From: an uncultured Candidatus Poseidoniales archaeon
GTDB taxonomy: Archaea > Thermoplasmatota > Poseidoniia > Poseidoniales > Thalassarchaeaceae
Assembly: GCA_905182515.1 (NCBI GenBank)
Contig: CAJJBW010000007.1
Location: 17,025 to 81,024, forward strand
Direction of reading: 5' to 3'
Length of the DNA stretch: 64,000 nucleotides
The position numbers and the translations under genes are program-made. Of this stretch, positions 19,977-30,578 are shown piece by piece. The first letter of the stretch is position 1. Every line of letters starts with the position of its first letter. The notes beneath the pieces were generated by a model. That model made no database searches. It had not been told where the DNA came from and saw only the letters and a program-made list of their open reading frames with translations.

Positions 19977-21410
19977 ATGGCACTAAAAATTCATGATACC
20001 CGATCTAAAAAAAAGCGAATATTTAATCCAATAGAAAAGGATAAGGTTGGCATTTATGTTTGCGGAATAACTCCCTATTCTCCAAGTCATTTAGGGCACG
20101 CTAGACAAGCGATTTCCTTTGATATAATTACTAGATGGATGAGAGAATTAAAATTTAATGTCACATACATTACAAATTTTACCGACATAGATGATAAGAT
20201 AATAAAAGTTGCATTGGAAGAAAATAAAGATTTTCTTGAAATTGCTAATAGAAATATCGAAGATTATTTCAAAGTAATGGATGCAATGAATGTATTGCGT
20301 GCAGATAAATATTCCAGAGTTACTGAAACAATTCCAGAAATAATAGATATGATTTCCATTTTAATAGATAAAGAAAACGCATATATTGGAAATGATGGCG
20401 TTTATTTTGAGATAGATACTGCACCAGAAAAGTATGGCCAATTAACTGGCCAAACGTTAGAAATGGTAAGGTCTGGCGCAGGAGGAAGAGTTGGAGAAAC
20501 AGGCGCTGGAAAGAGAGATCACAGAGATTTTGCATTATGGAAAAGCGCAAAGGAAGATGAACCATATTGGGAAAGTCCTTGGGGCAATGGTAGGCCTGGG
20601 TGGCATATTGAATGCTCTGCAATGTCATTAAAACATCTCGGAGAAACTTTTGATATCCATGGCGGAGGAAGGGATTTGTTATTCCCTCATCATGAGGCGG
20701 AAATATTTCAATCAGAATGTTGCCTAGGAATAGAACACGTAGTAAAATATTGGATTCATAATGGAATGATAAATGTAGACGGAGAAAAAATGAGTAAATC
20801 ACTTGGTAATTTTCAAACAATAAATGATACATTTGCAACCATTGAACCTTTGGCATTAAGATATACACTTTTGAATGCACCATACCGGCAGCCAATTGAA
20901 TTTAATACTACAATGGTTGAAGAATCTAAAATACATTATAACAGGCTGATAAATACATACTCTCAAGCATTTACTTTGGGAAAATTAGGAGATTGGAATA
21001 AATATGATTTCTTGTTATTATGTTCTGAAAAATTTATTTCAGGAATGAATGATGATTTTAATACAAGAGTTGCATTTGTAGAAGTTCAAAACGTAGTAAA
21101 AAGGTTACAAGAATTATTATTAGATGGTAAGGAAATAGAATATATTTCAGCAGCATTTAGTTGGTTAAACAAATTTGCGGGAGAAATATTAGGATTATTG
21201 CCATGTAATGAGGAAATAGAAAATATTTCAAAACATACTATTGATGCTATAGCAGCAATATCAGTTCGGGTCGAAGAATTACTAATCGAACGTCAAAAAT
21301 CCAGAGAAACCAAAAATTGGGAAAGGGCTGATTTAATCAGAGATGAATTGAATTCAATGAATGTGATAATCGAAGATAGCCCTGAAGGGCCAAAATGGAA
21401 AATAGAATAA
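19977..21410 (+). CDS. cysS: cysteinyl-tRNA synthetase
   Basis: Class I HIGH (HLGHAR) and KMSKS motifs, zinc-binding CGITPYS, length 477 aa. Confidence 0.93.
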   Translation: MALKIHDTRSKKKRIFNPIEKDKVGIYVCGITPYSPSHLGHARQAISFDIITRWMRELKFNVTYITNFTDIDDKIIKVALEENKDFLEIANRNIEDYFKVMDAMNVLRADKYSRVTETIPEIIDMISILIDKENAYIGNDGVYFEIDTAPEKYGQLTGQTLEMVRSGAGGRVGETGAGKRDHRDFALWKSAKEDEPYWESPWGNGRPGWHIECSAMSLKHLGETFDIHGGGRDLLFPHHEAEIFQSECCLGIEHVVKYWIHNGMINVDGEKMSKSLGNFQTINDTFATIEPLALRYTLLNAPYRQPIEFNTTMVEESKIHYNRLINTYSQAFTLGKLGDWNKYDFLLLCSEKFISGMNDDFNTRVAFVEVQNVVKRLQELLLDGKEIEYISAAFSWLNKFAGEILGLLPCNEEIENISKHTIDAIAAISVRVEELLIERQKSRETKNWERADLIRDELNSMNVIIEDSPEGPKWKIE

Positions 21411-21872
21411 TTAGGCGGCAGCGTAAGCTAAAACTTCATGATAATCAGGTTCCTTTCCTGGATTCTCTGCTACCCAAGAATAGCCGATTTTACCATTTGC
21501 CTCTACCACAAAAATTGAACGTTGAGAAGCAGTGAAACCAGGTGCCCCGAAGTCATGAATTGCTAATCCATAAGAATTGATTACTTTTCTTTCAACATCG
21601 CAAAGAAGGGGAAAATCAATATTGTTACTTTCAGAGAATAGATTGTTAGCAAATACATTATCGGCGGATATTCCAAAAATTCGTGATTTTGATTCTGATA
21701 ATTTGGATATTGAATCGGAAAGAGTACACATTTCCGTAGTGCATACTCCAGTAAATGCCGCTGGATAAAATGCTAAAATAACTTTATTTCCAATATAATC
21801 GCTTAATGTTACCATTGATCTATCATTTGCCATTAATGTGAAATCGGGTGCCGTATCTCCTACACTTACCAT
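21411..21872 (-). CDS. peroxiredoxin (AhpC/TSA family, AhpE/PrxQ-like)
   Basis: FYPAAFTGVCTTE peroxidatic-Cys motif, 153 aa thioredoxin fold. Confidence 0.82.
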   Translation of the reverse strand: MVSVGDTAPDFTLMANDRSMVTLSDYIGNKVILAFYPAAFTGVCTTEMCTLSDSISKLSESKSRIFGISADNVFANNLFSESNNIDFPLLCDVERKVINSYGLAIHDFGAPGFTASQRSIFVVEANGKIGYSWVAENPGKEPDYHEVLAYAAA

Positions 21873-22198
21873 ACGCTCCCCACGTAGTTCTTTATTTCAA
21901 ACATATGTATAATTTTTATCTTTCTTAAATATAGTGATTCGAACCAAAGATTATCAATACAATAACTACAGGAAGGCGTATGCATATGGCAGCAGTATTA
22001 CATATTGCTCTCAGAGAATTGATGGTTGGAAGGAAGATATACTTCATATTGGGGGAGTTAGACGTTAATTTTGTAGATAAATTAGGACCAGTGTCACAAG
22101 ATTAGGATGAAGAAATAACAATTATAGTAGAAATTTATACATTTGTTGCAAGCGTATCAATAAATAATTAATAAAATTAAAAGAAAGAGGGTGAAAAA

Positions 22199-22603
22199 AT
22201 GGCAGAAATATCAAAAAAGAACCCACAAATATTGAAAATCAAAGGACCAATAAAAGAAGGAGGAGGGGAGTCTATTCTCGAGATCAGGAGTAATTCCATG
22301 GTTGAAATGGAAATTCCTTGCTCCGAGATATTAGTAATTATAGAACGCAGAATTCAGAGAACCATATTGCATGGAGGCGAGGGTGATGACTTGACCGATC
22401 AGGGAGCTGAATCAGCAATATACTACATTGAGGCATATATTGGAGTAGATGCATATACGACTATAATGGGACTTTTTAGAGGAGGGCAGCCAACTATCGA
22501 AGAACCATTTGAAGGAGGAGATAAAAAGGTAGCATTCAAATCAATAACATATAGTGCTGCAGATCGTCTATTAAAATTAAAATTGATTGAGGATATAATT
22601 TAA
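22199..22603 (+). CDS. hypothetical protein (orphan)
   Basis: 134 aa ORF with a strong archaeal RBS (GAGGGTGA) upstream and a TATA-like AT box. It is convergent with the helicase gene. No recognisable motif. Confidence 0.45.
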   Translation: MAEISKKNPQILKIKGPIKEGGGESILEIRSNSMVEMEIPCSEILVIIERRIQRTILHGGEGDDLTDQGAESAIYYIEAYIGVDAYTTIMGLFRGGQPTIEEPFEGGDKKVAFKSITYSAADRLLKLKLIEDII

Positions 22604-24124
22604 TTAAGAACGGAATTCACTTTTTTTACGACTGCTGGAATTATTTGTTTTTTGCCTGTTTCCGCCGGAGTTTCTACTAGGTCCGTCATTGCCACGTCTG
22701 TTTCCACCAGAGTTTCTACTAGGTCCGTCATTGCCACGTCTGTTTCCGCCAGAGTTTCCACTAGACCTGTCATTGCCGCGTCTGTTTCCACCAGAATTTC
22801 CACCAGAGTTTCCACTAGATCTGTCATTGCCGCGTCTGTTTCCTCCAGAATTTCCACTAGACCTGTCATTGCCGCGTCTGTTTCCACTAGACCTGTCATT
22901 GCCGCGTCTGTTTCCACCGGATGATCGGCGGCGGTCATTATTTCCTCCTCTCCTCTTTGATCCTCGCTCTTCTCTTTCAGGAGGGACTAATTCGAATTCA
23001 TGTTCCACCAGAGTCTCAACTTGAGGGAGGACGTATCTGCATTTTATTCCGACACTATTCTGTATCCTAGTATATGCACGTTGTTTGGATTTTGGTACGA
23101 AAGATATCACGATACCTGATGTCCCGGCCCTAGCTGTTCTGCCACTACGGTGTTTGTACGCCTTGCCATTCTCTGGAGGGTCATAATTTATTACGCAATT
23201 TATTCCTTCAACATCAATTCCCCTAGAAGCAACATCTGTGGCAATTAGAACCATTGTTCTTCCAGTACTGAATTTTCTCATTGCTTTGTCTCTCTGATTT
23301 TGATTTAAACCACCATGTAATATTGTGGATGAAATTTGTTCTTCAAACATTTCATCACCAAGGCGGTTAACTCCCTCTCTAGTTCTGCAAAAAATTATGG
23401 TTCGACCTGATTTACGGACTATTTCTGCAGCAGTTTCGGATCTTTTGTGGTTCTTTACATTCCAAAAGAGGTGTTCCATACTATCCATACTTACTTCTTC
23501 TGGGCCTACCTCTATAGTCACAGGATCTACTTGATATTTTTCAACTATGTCAATAACGTCATCATCTAGCGTGGCACTGAATAAAATAGTTTGACGATTT
23601 TCAGAACACATTTCTATAATATCACAAACTGGTTCCATGAACCCCATATCTGCCATCCTATCTGCTTCATCTAAAACAATAATGCTAACATCATTTAACG
23701 ATACTGCTCTACGATCAATTAGGTCTAGTAATCTCCCAGGGCAGGCCACTAATATCTCAGCACCGTCTTCTAAACCACGTAACTGATTCCTGTAAGCAAC
23801 ACCCCCATATACTGAAAGTACATTCATATCGATTGCTCTTGCCAATGGAGTTAGAACAGTGCGTATTTGCTCGGCTAACTCTCTTGTTGGAGTAAGAATT
23901 AGAGATGTTGGTCTTTTGCTTTTGGCCCTCTTGGTTCTTTCCAATAGTGGCAATCCAAATGCCAATGTTTTACCAGAGCCTGTTGGTGCCCTGCAACATA
24001 CATCACGTCCTTCCATAGAATCAGGGATTGATTCCATCTGAACTTCGAAAGGTTCTATGATTCCTTGTCGCTCTAATACCGTAACCAAATCAGGTCCGAT
24101 TCCTAAGTCTGAGAATCGAACCAA
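22604..24124 (-). CDS. DEAD-box ATP-dependent RNA helicase with C-terminal RGG/GNRRGNDRSS-repeat tail
   Basis: Q-motif, Walker A (PTGSGKT), DEAD, SAT, HRSGRTAR(AG) motifs. The last ~120 aa are low-complexity Gly/Arg/Asn/Ser repeats. Confidence 0.92.
   Translation of the reverse strand: MVRFSDLGIGPDLVTVLERQGIIEPFEVQMESIPDSMEGRDVCCRAPTGSGKTLAFGLPLLERTKRAKSKRPTSLILTPTRELAEQIRTVLTPLARAIDMNVLSVYGGVAYRNQLRGLEDGAEILVACPGRLLDLIDRRAVSLNDVSIIVLDEADRMADMGFMEPVCDIIEMCSENRQTILFSATLDDDVIDIVEKYQVDPVTIEVGPEEVSMDSMEHLFWNVKNHKRSETAAEIVRKSGRTIIFCRTREGVNRLGDEMFEEQISSTILHGGLNQNQRDKAMRKFSTGRTMVLIATDVASRGIDVEGINCVINYDPPENGKAYKHRSGRTARAGTSGIVISFVPKSKQRAYTRIQNSVGIKCRYVLPQVETLVEHEFELVPPEREERGSKRRGGNNDRRRSSGGNRRGNDRSSGNRRGNDRSSGNSGGNRRGNDRSSGNSGGNSGGNRRGNDRSSGNSGGNRRGNDGPSRNSGGNRRGNDGPSRNSGGNRQKTNNSSSRKKSEFRS
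22610..22960. repeat. imperfect coding tandem repeat (30/42/54-bp units) at the 3' end of the DEAD-box helicase gene
   Basis: The unit gtcattgccacgtctgtttccaccagagtttctactaggtcc and variants recur at least 7 times, encoding GNRRGNDRSSGNSGG-type peptide repeats. Confidence 0.85.
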
Positions 24125-24226
24125 TAAGCAACCCTAATCGACCGCGCATCGGTTTGCTATTTAGCATAGATAGTAAAATTGACCATTAAAAAACTAGTCT
24201 GAGGTATTAAAATTTCAACCAAAAAT

Positions 24227-25756
24227 TCAACTTGAGCAGGAAAGCATAGAACATCCTGTCTTATTTTTTGCCCATTTTGGTCTTTTAGAAAACCATTTCG
24301 ATTCATAATTTAATTGTTCATCATACGGCATTTTAATAAGTTGAAATAATTCATTAAGTAAAGAATAGTCTTTTTCTTCTGCTTTTTCTATAGCCAACTG
24401 TACCATCCAATTTCTCAATATATACTTTGGATTTGTAGTATTCATTTTAACGTCTCTTTCAGGAGTAACTTTTTGAAGATAACTGTTTAGCCAATTAATC
24501 CATTCTTGCGATATTCCCTCTTCATAGAAACTTTCAGAAATAGAGTCATGATTCGATTCATCAATATTAGCTAGTTTCCTAAAAAATATTGTCATATCAA
24601 CTTCTTTTTCTTGTAATAGAAATATTAGGTCATTAATTAATTTACTATCAAATTTTAAAATCCCTAGTTTCTGGCACCACATTTTCTGATATTCCAGGGC
24701 AAGATAATCATCATAATGTAACATTAGATTATGAATTTTATCAGTCTCAGAGAATAAAGGAGAGATTGATTCCAATAATCTAGCTAAATTCCAACCAGCT
24801 ATATTTGGTTGTTGACCAAACCGATATCTAGATGTTGACAAATCAGTAATATTTGGAGTCCAATTATGATCATAATTCTCAATCCAACCATATGGCCCAT
24901 AATCGATAGTTATACCATGTATTGACATGTTATCAGTATTCATCACTCCATGGACAAAGCCAACTCTCATCCAATGAATTACCATACGAGCAGTACTTTC
25001 AACAACCTCTCTTAACCAATCAATAAGTAATTGGTCTCCACTTGATTTAAGATGACCAAAATGAGTTTTTATTGTATAATTTACTAGTTTTTTAAGAGAA
25101 TTCATGTCCCCCCTCAAAGCATGTATCTGAAATGATCCAAAGCGTATGAAGCTTGGAGCAACTCTGCATATGACCGCACCTGGTTCATAAGAAGGGTTAC
25201 CATCATAAAGAATGTCTCGGAGTATTTTTTCACCAGTTATACACAAAGAGAGTGCACGAGTTGTTGGGATTCCTAAATGATGCATTGCCTCACTACAAAG
25301 AAACTCTCTGATAGAGGATCTTAAAACAGCTTTTCCATCTGCAAAACGAGAATAGGGAGTCGTTCCAGAACCTTTTAGTTGTAATTCTAATTTTCCTGAT
25401 TCGGACATAACTTCTCCCAAAGTTATCGCCCTACCGTCTCCTAATTGACCTGCCCATGATCCAAATTGGTGTCCGCCATAACATTGAGAATATGGCTTCA
25501 TACCTGAACACAATACATTGCCGGATAAAATTTTACTTTCTTTCTCATCAATTTTTAATATACTTGCCATTTCATCTGACCAAATAATCATTTCTGGACT
25601 TGGGACAATTGAGGGAGTGGTTTTTGACCAACAAGCATTGAAAACCTTTCGAGGGTAATTTTCTTCAATATTATCGCCTGGTGTTTTGGAAATAAAATCT
25701 GAAGACCAGTGGAGGTCGCGAATACCCGTCATGTAATTTTGGTAGATAATACGCAC
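24227..25756 (-). CDS. selO: SelO/YdiU-family protein adenylyltransferase (AMPylase)
   Basis: ~509 aa and overall resemblance to the UPF0061/SelO pseudokinase family (GRA..LGE, MNTDNMS catalytic-loop region). Confidence 0.7.
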   Translation of the reverse strand: MRIIYQNYMTGIRDLHWSSDFISKTPGDNIEENYPRKVFNACWSKTTPSIVPSPEMIIWSDEMASILKIDEKESKILSGNVLCSGMKPYSQCYGGHQFGSWAGQLGDGRAITLGEVMSESGKLELQLKGSGTTPYSRFADGKAVLRSSIREFLCSEAMHHLGIPTTRALSLCITGEKILRDILYDGNPSYEPGAVICRVAPSFIRFGSFQIHALRGDMNSLKKLVNYTIKTHFGHLKSSGDQLLIDWLREVVESTARMVIHWMRVGFVHGVMNTDNMSIHGITIDYGPYGWIENYDHNWTPNITDLSTSRYRFGQQPNIAGWNLARLLESISPLFSETDKIHNLMLHYDDYLALEYQKMWCQKLGILKFDSKLINDLIFLLQEKEVDMTIFFRKLANIDESNHDSISESFYEEGISQEWINWLNSYLQKVTPERDVKMNTTNPKYILRNWMVQLAIEKAEEKDYSLLNELFQLIKMPYDEQLNYESKWFSKRPKWAKNKTGCSMLSCSS

Positions 25757-25774
25757 TTTAACATTGGTAATTAA

Positions 25775-26860
25775 TTACAATGTTTTTAGTTGACGTGCCC
25801 CTGCTCCTCCATAGCCATTCCAATCATCAGGAGAATTACCAAGAATAGCATTTATTTCAATTATATTTTCATCATTTAGTTTTTCTGCTACAGCTATACA
25901 ACCTAAATTTTCTTCCATTTGTTCTGGTTTAGTTGCGCCAAGAAGAATTGTACTGACATTGGGATTTTTTAGGCACCATGCTAATGCTAATTGTGCAGTA
26001 GTGCACCCAAATTTTGATGCTGCATAATCAGTTAATTTTCTTACTATTTCAACTTCGCCGATTGCCTTTCTTCGTTCTAAATCTTCAATTAACCATTCAT
26101 ATCCTTTCTGAGTTGGACGCGAATCTTCCGGTATTCCATCATTGTACTTTCCAGTTAGAAAACCCGATCTCAGAGGAGACCATATCGTAGCACCATAATT
26201 ATATGGAGGTTGGAAAAGAGGGAAGTATTCTTCTTCAAATCGCTGCCTATGCAACATATTATACTGAGGTTGTTCATACATTGGCGGCTCTAGGCCTTCG
26301 GATTTGGCAAACCATATAGCTTCCATAATTTGTGCTGCAGACCATTCAGATGTACCCCACGAGGTTGCCCATCCATTCCGAACTGCATCAGTCATAGCCC
26401 GGACTATAGTTGAAGTAGGAGTAAAGGGATCTGGTCTATGGCAAAATACCATATCAACATAATCAAGTTGAAGTCTATCAAGACTTGCATCAAGGCCTTC
26501 TAAGATATGTTTACGAGATAGTCCGGATTCATTTACTCCTTCTCCGCCCCAAAATATTTTTGTAGTTATAATTAGCTCCGAACGGCGCCATTTTTGGGGA
26601 TCATTTTCTTGGAGTTCAGACAACGCGATACCAAAAAGACGTTCTGCTTCTCCATTTGGGTTACCATATGCTTCGGCGTGATCAAAACAATTTACACCTG
26701 CATCCCTAGCAATTGTCATGCATTTTTTTGCCATTTCGACGCCTTCATTCTCCATTAACCTATCTTTTACTCCATAAGTTGCCCAAAATCCGTAAGAAAG
26801 TACAGAAACCTGCAAACCTGTATTTCCCATCATTCTGTAGTACATACTCTCACTCGGCAT
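25775..26860 (-). CDS. aldo/keto reductase (Kv-beta-like AKR)
   Basis: TIM-barrel AKR motifs (DHAEAYG, GATKPEQMEEN region), 361 aa. Confidence 0.8.
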   Translation of the reverse strand: MPSESMYYRMMGNTGLQVSVLSYGFWATYGVKDRLMENEGVEMAKKCMTIARDAGVNCFDHAEAYGNPNGEAERLFGIALSELQENDPQKWRRSELIITTKIFWGGEGVNESGLSRKHILEGLDASLDRLQLDYVDMVFCHRPDPFTPTSTIVRAMTDAVRNGWATSWGTSEWSAAQIMEAIWFAKSEGLEPPMYEQPQYNMLHRQRFEEEYFPLFQPPYNYGATIWSPLRSGFLTGKYNDGIPEDSRPTQKGYEWLIEDLERRKAIGEVEIVRKLTDYAASKFGCTTAQLALAWCLKNPNVSTILLGATKPEQMEENLGCIAVAEKLNDENIIEINAILGNSPDDWNGYGGAGARQLKTL

Positions 26861-26943
26861 AACATTCTTACTCTACTAGGTGGTTTCAAGATTGCGGTAA
26901 AAAAAACAGAAATAAATAAGAAAGTGTTATCATGTTTTGAACC

Positions 26944-28143
26944 TTGAGCATCTATATGGATGCCGGGTTGATTCTCTCAAAGGCGAAAAAAATTCAATCA
27001 TGGGTTATTGAAAAAAGACGAGAAATTCATCGACATCCAGAACTAATGTATGAAGAATTTGTGACCAGTAAATTAGTTCAAGATACCCTGAAAGGACTAA
27101 GTATTCCCTTTCAAAATGACATCGCAATAACTGGCGTCATTGGCACAATAGGTAATGGTAATGGCCCCTGCATCGCGCTCAGAGCAGATATGGATGCATT
27201 ACCAATTCATGAAGAAGTGGATGTAGAGTTCAGAAGTAAAATTGATGGTAAAATGCATGCATGCGGACACGATTGCCATACTGCAATGTTACTTGGAGCA
27301 GCCCGTATATTAAAAGAAAATGAAGAGAATATTCAAGGTACAATTAAACTTATTTTCCAGCCTGCAGAAGAAGGAGGAGCTGGAGGTAAAATGATGAGAG
27401 ACGAAGGAGTATTAGAAAATCCAGATGTTCAACAGATATTTGGATTACATGTAGCAGGACAATTACCAACTGGAATGTTAGCTTCTAGAGAAGGTACTTT
27501 ATTAGCTGCAGCAGGATCCTTGAAAATAGTAGTAAAAGGCAATGGAGGTCATGCTGCAGCACCTCATAATACGATAGATCCTGTCATTACTGGATCAAAA
27601 ATAGTAGTGGAGTTGCAAACAATAATCTCTCGTGAATTAAATCCACTTGAATCAGGAGTAATTAGTGTGACTATGATGAAGGCAGGAGATGCACGAAATG
27701 TAATTCCCTCAACTATGGAATTAGAGGGGACGATACGATCTTTAACATTAGAAGGACTAATGAATTTACAAACAAGAGTTAAAGAAATATCAGAGTTGGT
27801 TGCGAAGGCAAATCGTTGCGAAGCAGAAGTTACATTTCCAGGCCATGATTATCCCCCTACTGTAAATTCTAGTGTATGCTGGGAATTAGGAAAAATTGCA
27901 GGAAAGGACATTCTTGGAGAGAATAAAGTGATTGAAATGCCCCCCATAATGGGAGGAGAAGATTTTGCTTACTATACTCAGAAAGTACCTGGTTGTTTTG
28001 CTTTCCTAGGAGTAAGTAACCCTGAAATAAACGCAACATATGATGTCCATCACCCTATGTTCAAAGTTGATGAAGAAGCCCTGCCCCTAGGAACTGCTAT
28101 TCATGTTAATTTCGCACTGAAATCTTTAGAATCACTAAGATGA
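26944..28143 (+). CDS. M20D-family amidohydrolase (aminoacylase / hippurate hydrolase-like)
   Basis: REIHRHPEL start motif, HACGHD metal-binding motif, dimerisation-domain pattern. Confidence 0.85.
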   Translation: MSIYMDAGLILSKAKKIQSWVIEKRREIHRHPELMYEEFVTSKLVQDTLKGLSIPFQNDIAITGVIGTIGNGNGPCIALRADMDALPIHEEVDVEFRSKIDGKMHACGHDCHTAMLLGAARILKENEENIQGTIKLIFQPAEEGGAGGKMMRDEGVLENPDVQQIFGLHVAGQLPTGMLASREGTLLAAAGSLKIVVKGNGGHAAAPHNTIDPVITGSKIVVELQTIISRELNPLESGVISVTMMKAGDARNVIPSTMELEGTIRSLTLEGLMNLQTRVKEISELVAKANRCEAEVTFPGHDYPPTVNSSVCWELGKIAGKDILGENKVIEMPPIMGGEDFAYYTQKVPGCFAFLGVSNPEINATYDVHHPMFKVDEEALPLGTAIHVNFALKSLESLR

Positions 28144-28201
28144 CGTATAGACGTAATTTTTAATATGAAGAATATGAAATATAATAATAAGGTATGAGAT
28201 A

Positions 28202-29239
28202 ATGGAAATTGGGATTGATAGTTTTGCTGCTTTAGAAAGAGGGAATGTAAAAAGTTCACCTGAAAATAGTACTAAGTCTTTATCTCAATTACTAGATAGG
28301 ATAGTGCAAGCAGACAAAATGGGATTAGATATTTTTGGAATTGGTGAACATTATAGGAAAGAGTTTTTGGATTCAGCCCCTCCAGTCATACTTTCTGCAG
28401 CTGCTGCTCGAACTAATAAAATTCGTTTGACTAGTGCTGTTACCGTCTTGAGTGCTGCTGATCCGGTCAGGGTATTCCAAAATTATGCGACACTTGATTT
28501 GATATCAGGAGGGCGTGCAGAAATGGTTGTTGGACGTGGCTCATTTACGGAATCTTTTCCTTTATTTGGATTAAATATTCAAGAATATGATGAAATATTT
28601 TCTGAAAAATTAGATCTATTACTTTCAATTAGAGATAATGAAACAATAAATTGGTCTGGAAAGTACAGACCGCCATTGAGAAATCAAACAGTTTATCCTA
28701 GACCTTTACAAAATCCATTACCAATATGGCTTGGAGTTGGGGGGACTCCTCAATCATTTGTTCGGGCAGGCTTACTTGGCTTACCTTTGATGATTGCAAT
28801 TATTGGAGGGGAAACTCATAGATTTAGGCCATTAGTTGACCTCTACAGGGAAGCAGGAGAAAGAGCCGGACATTCTCCGGATAAACTTAAAGTTGGGATA
28901 CATTCATTAGGATATGTTGCAAATGATGCTCAAAATGCCAGAGATATTTATTTTCCTGGTTATGCTGAGACATTTACACGAATTGGAAAGGAAAGAGGAT
29001 GGCCCCCCGTTACTCGTAATAGATTCGATGAACAAACTGGGCCCTTGGGCGCATACGTGATTGGTGATGCCGAAGAAGTAGCTGAAAAAATAATTAGGCA
29101 TAGTGAATCCCTAGGCGGAATATCCAGATTTTCTTTTCAAATGGATAATGCAAAATTATCGCATACACAATTAATGGACTCTATTGAAATAATAGGTAAA
29201 GAAGTCTCTCCAATTGTTAATAATTCGGTCACTAACTAA
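28202..29239 (+). CDS. LLM-class (luciferase-like) flavin-dependent oxidoreductase
   Basis: TIM-barrel LLM signatures (IGEHY, SGGR), ~345 aa. Confidence 0.75.
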   Translation: MEIGIDSFAALERGNVKSSPENSTKSLSQLLDRIVQADKMGLDIFGIGEHYRKEFLDSAPPVILSAAAARTNKIRLTSAVTVLSAADPVRVFQNYATLDLISGGRAEMVVGRGSFTESFPLFGLNIQEYDEIFSEKLDLLLSIRDNETINWSGKYRPPLRNQTVYPRPLQNPLPIWLGVGGTPQSFVRAGLLGLPLMIAIIGGETHRFRPLVDLYREAGERAGHSPDKLKVGIHSLGYVANDAQNARDIYFPGYAETFTRIGKERGWPPVTRNRFDEQTGPLGAYVIGDAEEVAEKIIRHSESLGGISRFSFQMDNAKLSHTQLMDSIEIIGKEVSPIVNNSVTN

Positions 29240-29315
29240 TAATAAATTAAAGGTAAATATACGAATAGTGAAATAGGCAATAATAAACTTAGAATTGGAA
29301 TTGCTAGCAAACCTA

Positions 29316-29513
29316 TCAAAAACCATCTGAGGCCAGATTGAGTAAGCCCCGGATAATTCCTAGAATCCAAACCAATTGCCAAATTAACCAAGATGCAGTA
29401 AATAATATTCCCCGAATAAATTCTTCATTGAACACAGATGCACTGAACATGCATGCCATTGAAATAATAGAAGTCGAAAAGAGAATGAGAAAAAAACCTA
29501 TAAAAAACCACAC
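29316..29513 (-). CDS. possible 2-TM small membrane peptide
   Basis: 65 aa strongly hydrophobic ORF within an otherwise non-coding 590-bp gap. No other support. Confidence 0.2.
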   Translation of the reverse strand: MWFFIGFFLILFSTSIISMACMFSASVFNEEFIRGILFTASWLIWQLVWILGIIRGLLNLASDGF

Positions 29514-29827
29514 TGGATTAGATAACCTTTGACCTATGGGAATTTATCATTCATTTTCGGTAGTTGTTCCTTCATATGATGAAATAGGAATTAGAGAACT
29601 AATAAGAGTTGAGAGGGGTTTTTTCGAAACATAAACTGATGATTCTTGGATAATTGATTAAGGAGGTTTGCCGCCATGAAATGATTGACTTTTCAATGAA
29701 TTATTATGTTTTCCAATTCTAATGTCCCTTATTTGTGCCATATTTAATTAAGATATTATTCTTTCCTCGTTAATAATAAATATTCCTTGGGGGTACTGTT
29801 TTTAGTCAAGTACGGTAAAGCACAATA

Positions 29828-30568
29828 ATGGAAGAGGGTGTGTGGGATATGAAACATATTCCATTCCTTATGCCCAATAGGAGATGTACACTGAGGCAAA
29901 ATTGGATAAATTTGACATTTATGCATTGGGAAGTTGATCCAAAAAAAATTAAAAAATATATTCCTGAAGATTTGGAATTAGACTTATTCAAAGGTAAAGC
30001 ATATGTTGGAACAATTCCTTTTATCATGGAAAAAGTTAGACCATATTATTTACCACCTCTGCCAGGGATTTCTACGTTTGCAGAATTCAACATTAGAACT
30101 TATGTCAAGAAAAATGGCAAAGGAGGTGTGCTTTTTCTAACTTTAGATGCACAAAGCCATATTACGTGTCTATTTGCACCTCGGGCATATGGCCTACCTT
30201 ATGTTTATTCAAAGTCAAAAGTTAAGGTAACAAATGAAGACGGGTATTACTGGCATTCTAAGCGTAAAAGTAATGGAATAGAACTACGAGGTGCATCATT
30301 TGCAAAGGGAGGATTGCGTAATGCGGAAAAGGGTACGTTGGAAGAATTTTTATTTGAAAGATATTGCCTATATGTTAGACATAAAGGAGAAACAAAAATA
30401 GCCCATACTCAGCATGCCCCATGGTACTTTCAAGACGGGGAGGCTAAAATTGAAACAAACACATTGACAGAATTTTATGAATTGGGAATTAAAAACCCAC
30501 TTAAAGCTGAATTTGTACATGTAACAAAGGGAGTGAAGGTTAAAACATGGAGTTTAGAGAAAACATAA
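29828..30568 (+). CDS. DUF2071 (YqjF-like, acetoacetate-decarboxylase-fold) protein
   Basis: Overall resemblance to the DUF2071 family (FMHWEVDPKKI, GTIPF motifs). Confidence 0.6.
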   Translation: MEEGVWDMKHIPFLMPNRRCTLRQNWINLTFMHWEVDPKKIKKYIPEDLELDLFKGKAYVGTIPFIMEKVRPYYLPPLPGISTFAEFNIRTYVKKNGKGGVLFLTLDAQSHITCLFAPRAYGLPYVYSKSKVKVTNEDGYYWHSKRKSNGIELRGASFAKGGLRNAEKGTLEEFLFERYCLYVRHKGETKIAHTQHAPWYFQDGEAKIETNTLTEFYELGIKNPLKAEFVHVTKGVKVKTWSLEKT

Positions 30569-30578
30569 GGAAGTAACG

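Noticed and set aside
22652-23024. Plus-strand ORFs (90 and 111 aa) rich in STR/PEF repeats opposite the helicase 3' end
   Set aside because: They are antisense shadows of the coding tandem repeat in the DEAD-box helicase gene. The repeat periodicity creates open frames on both strands.
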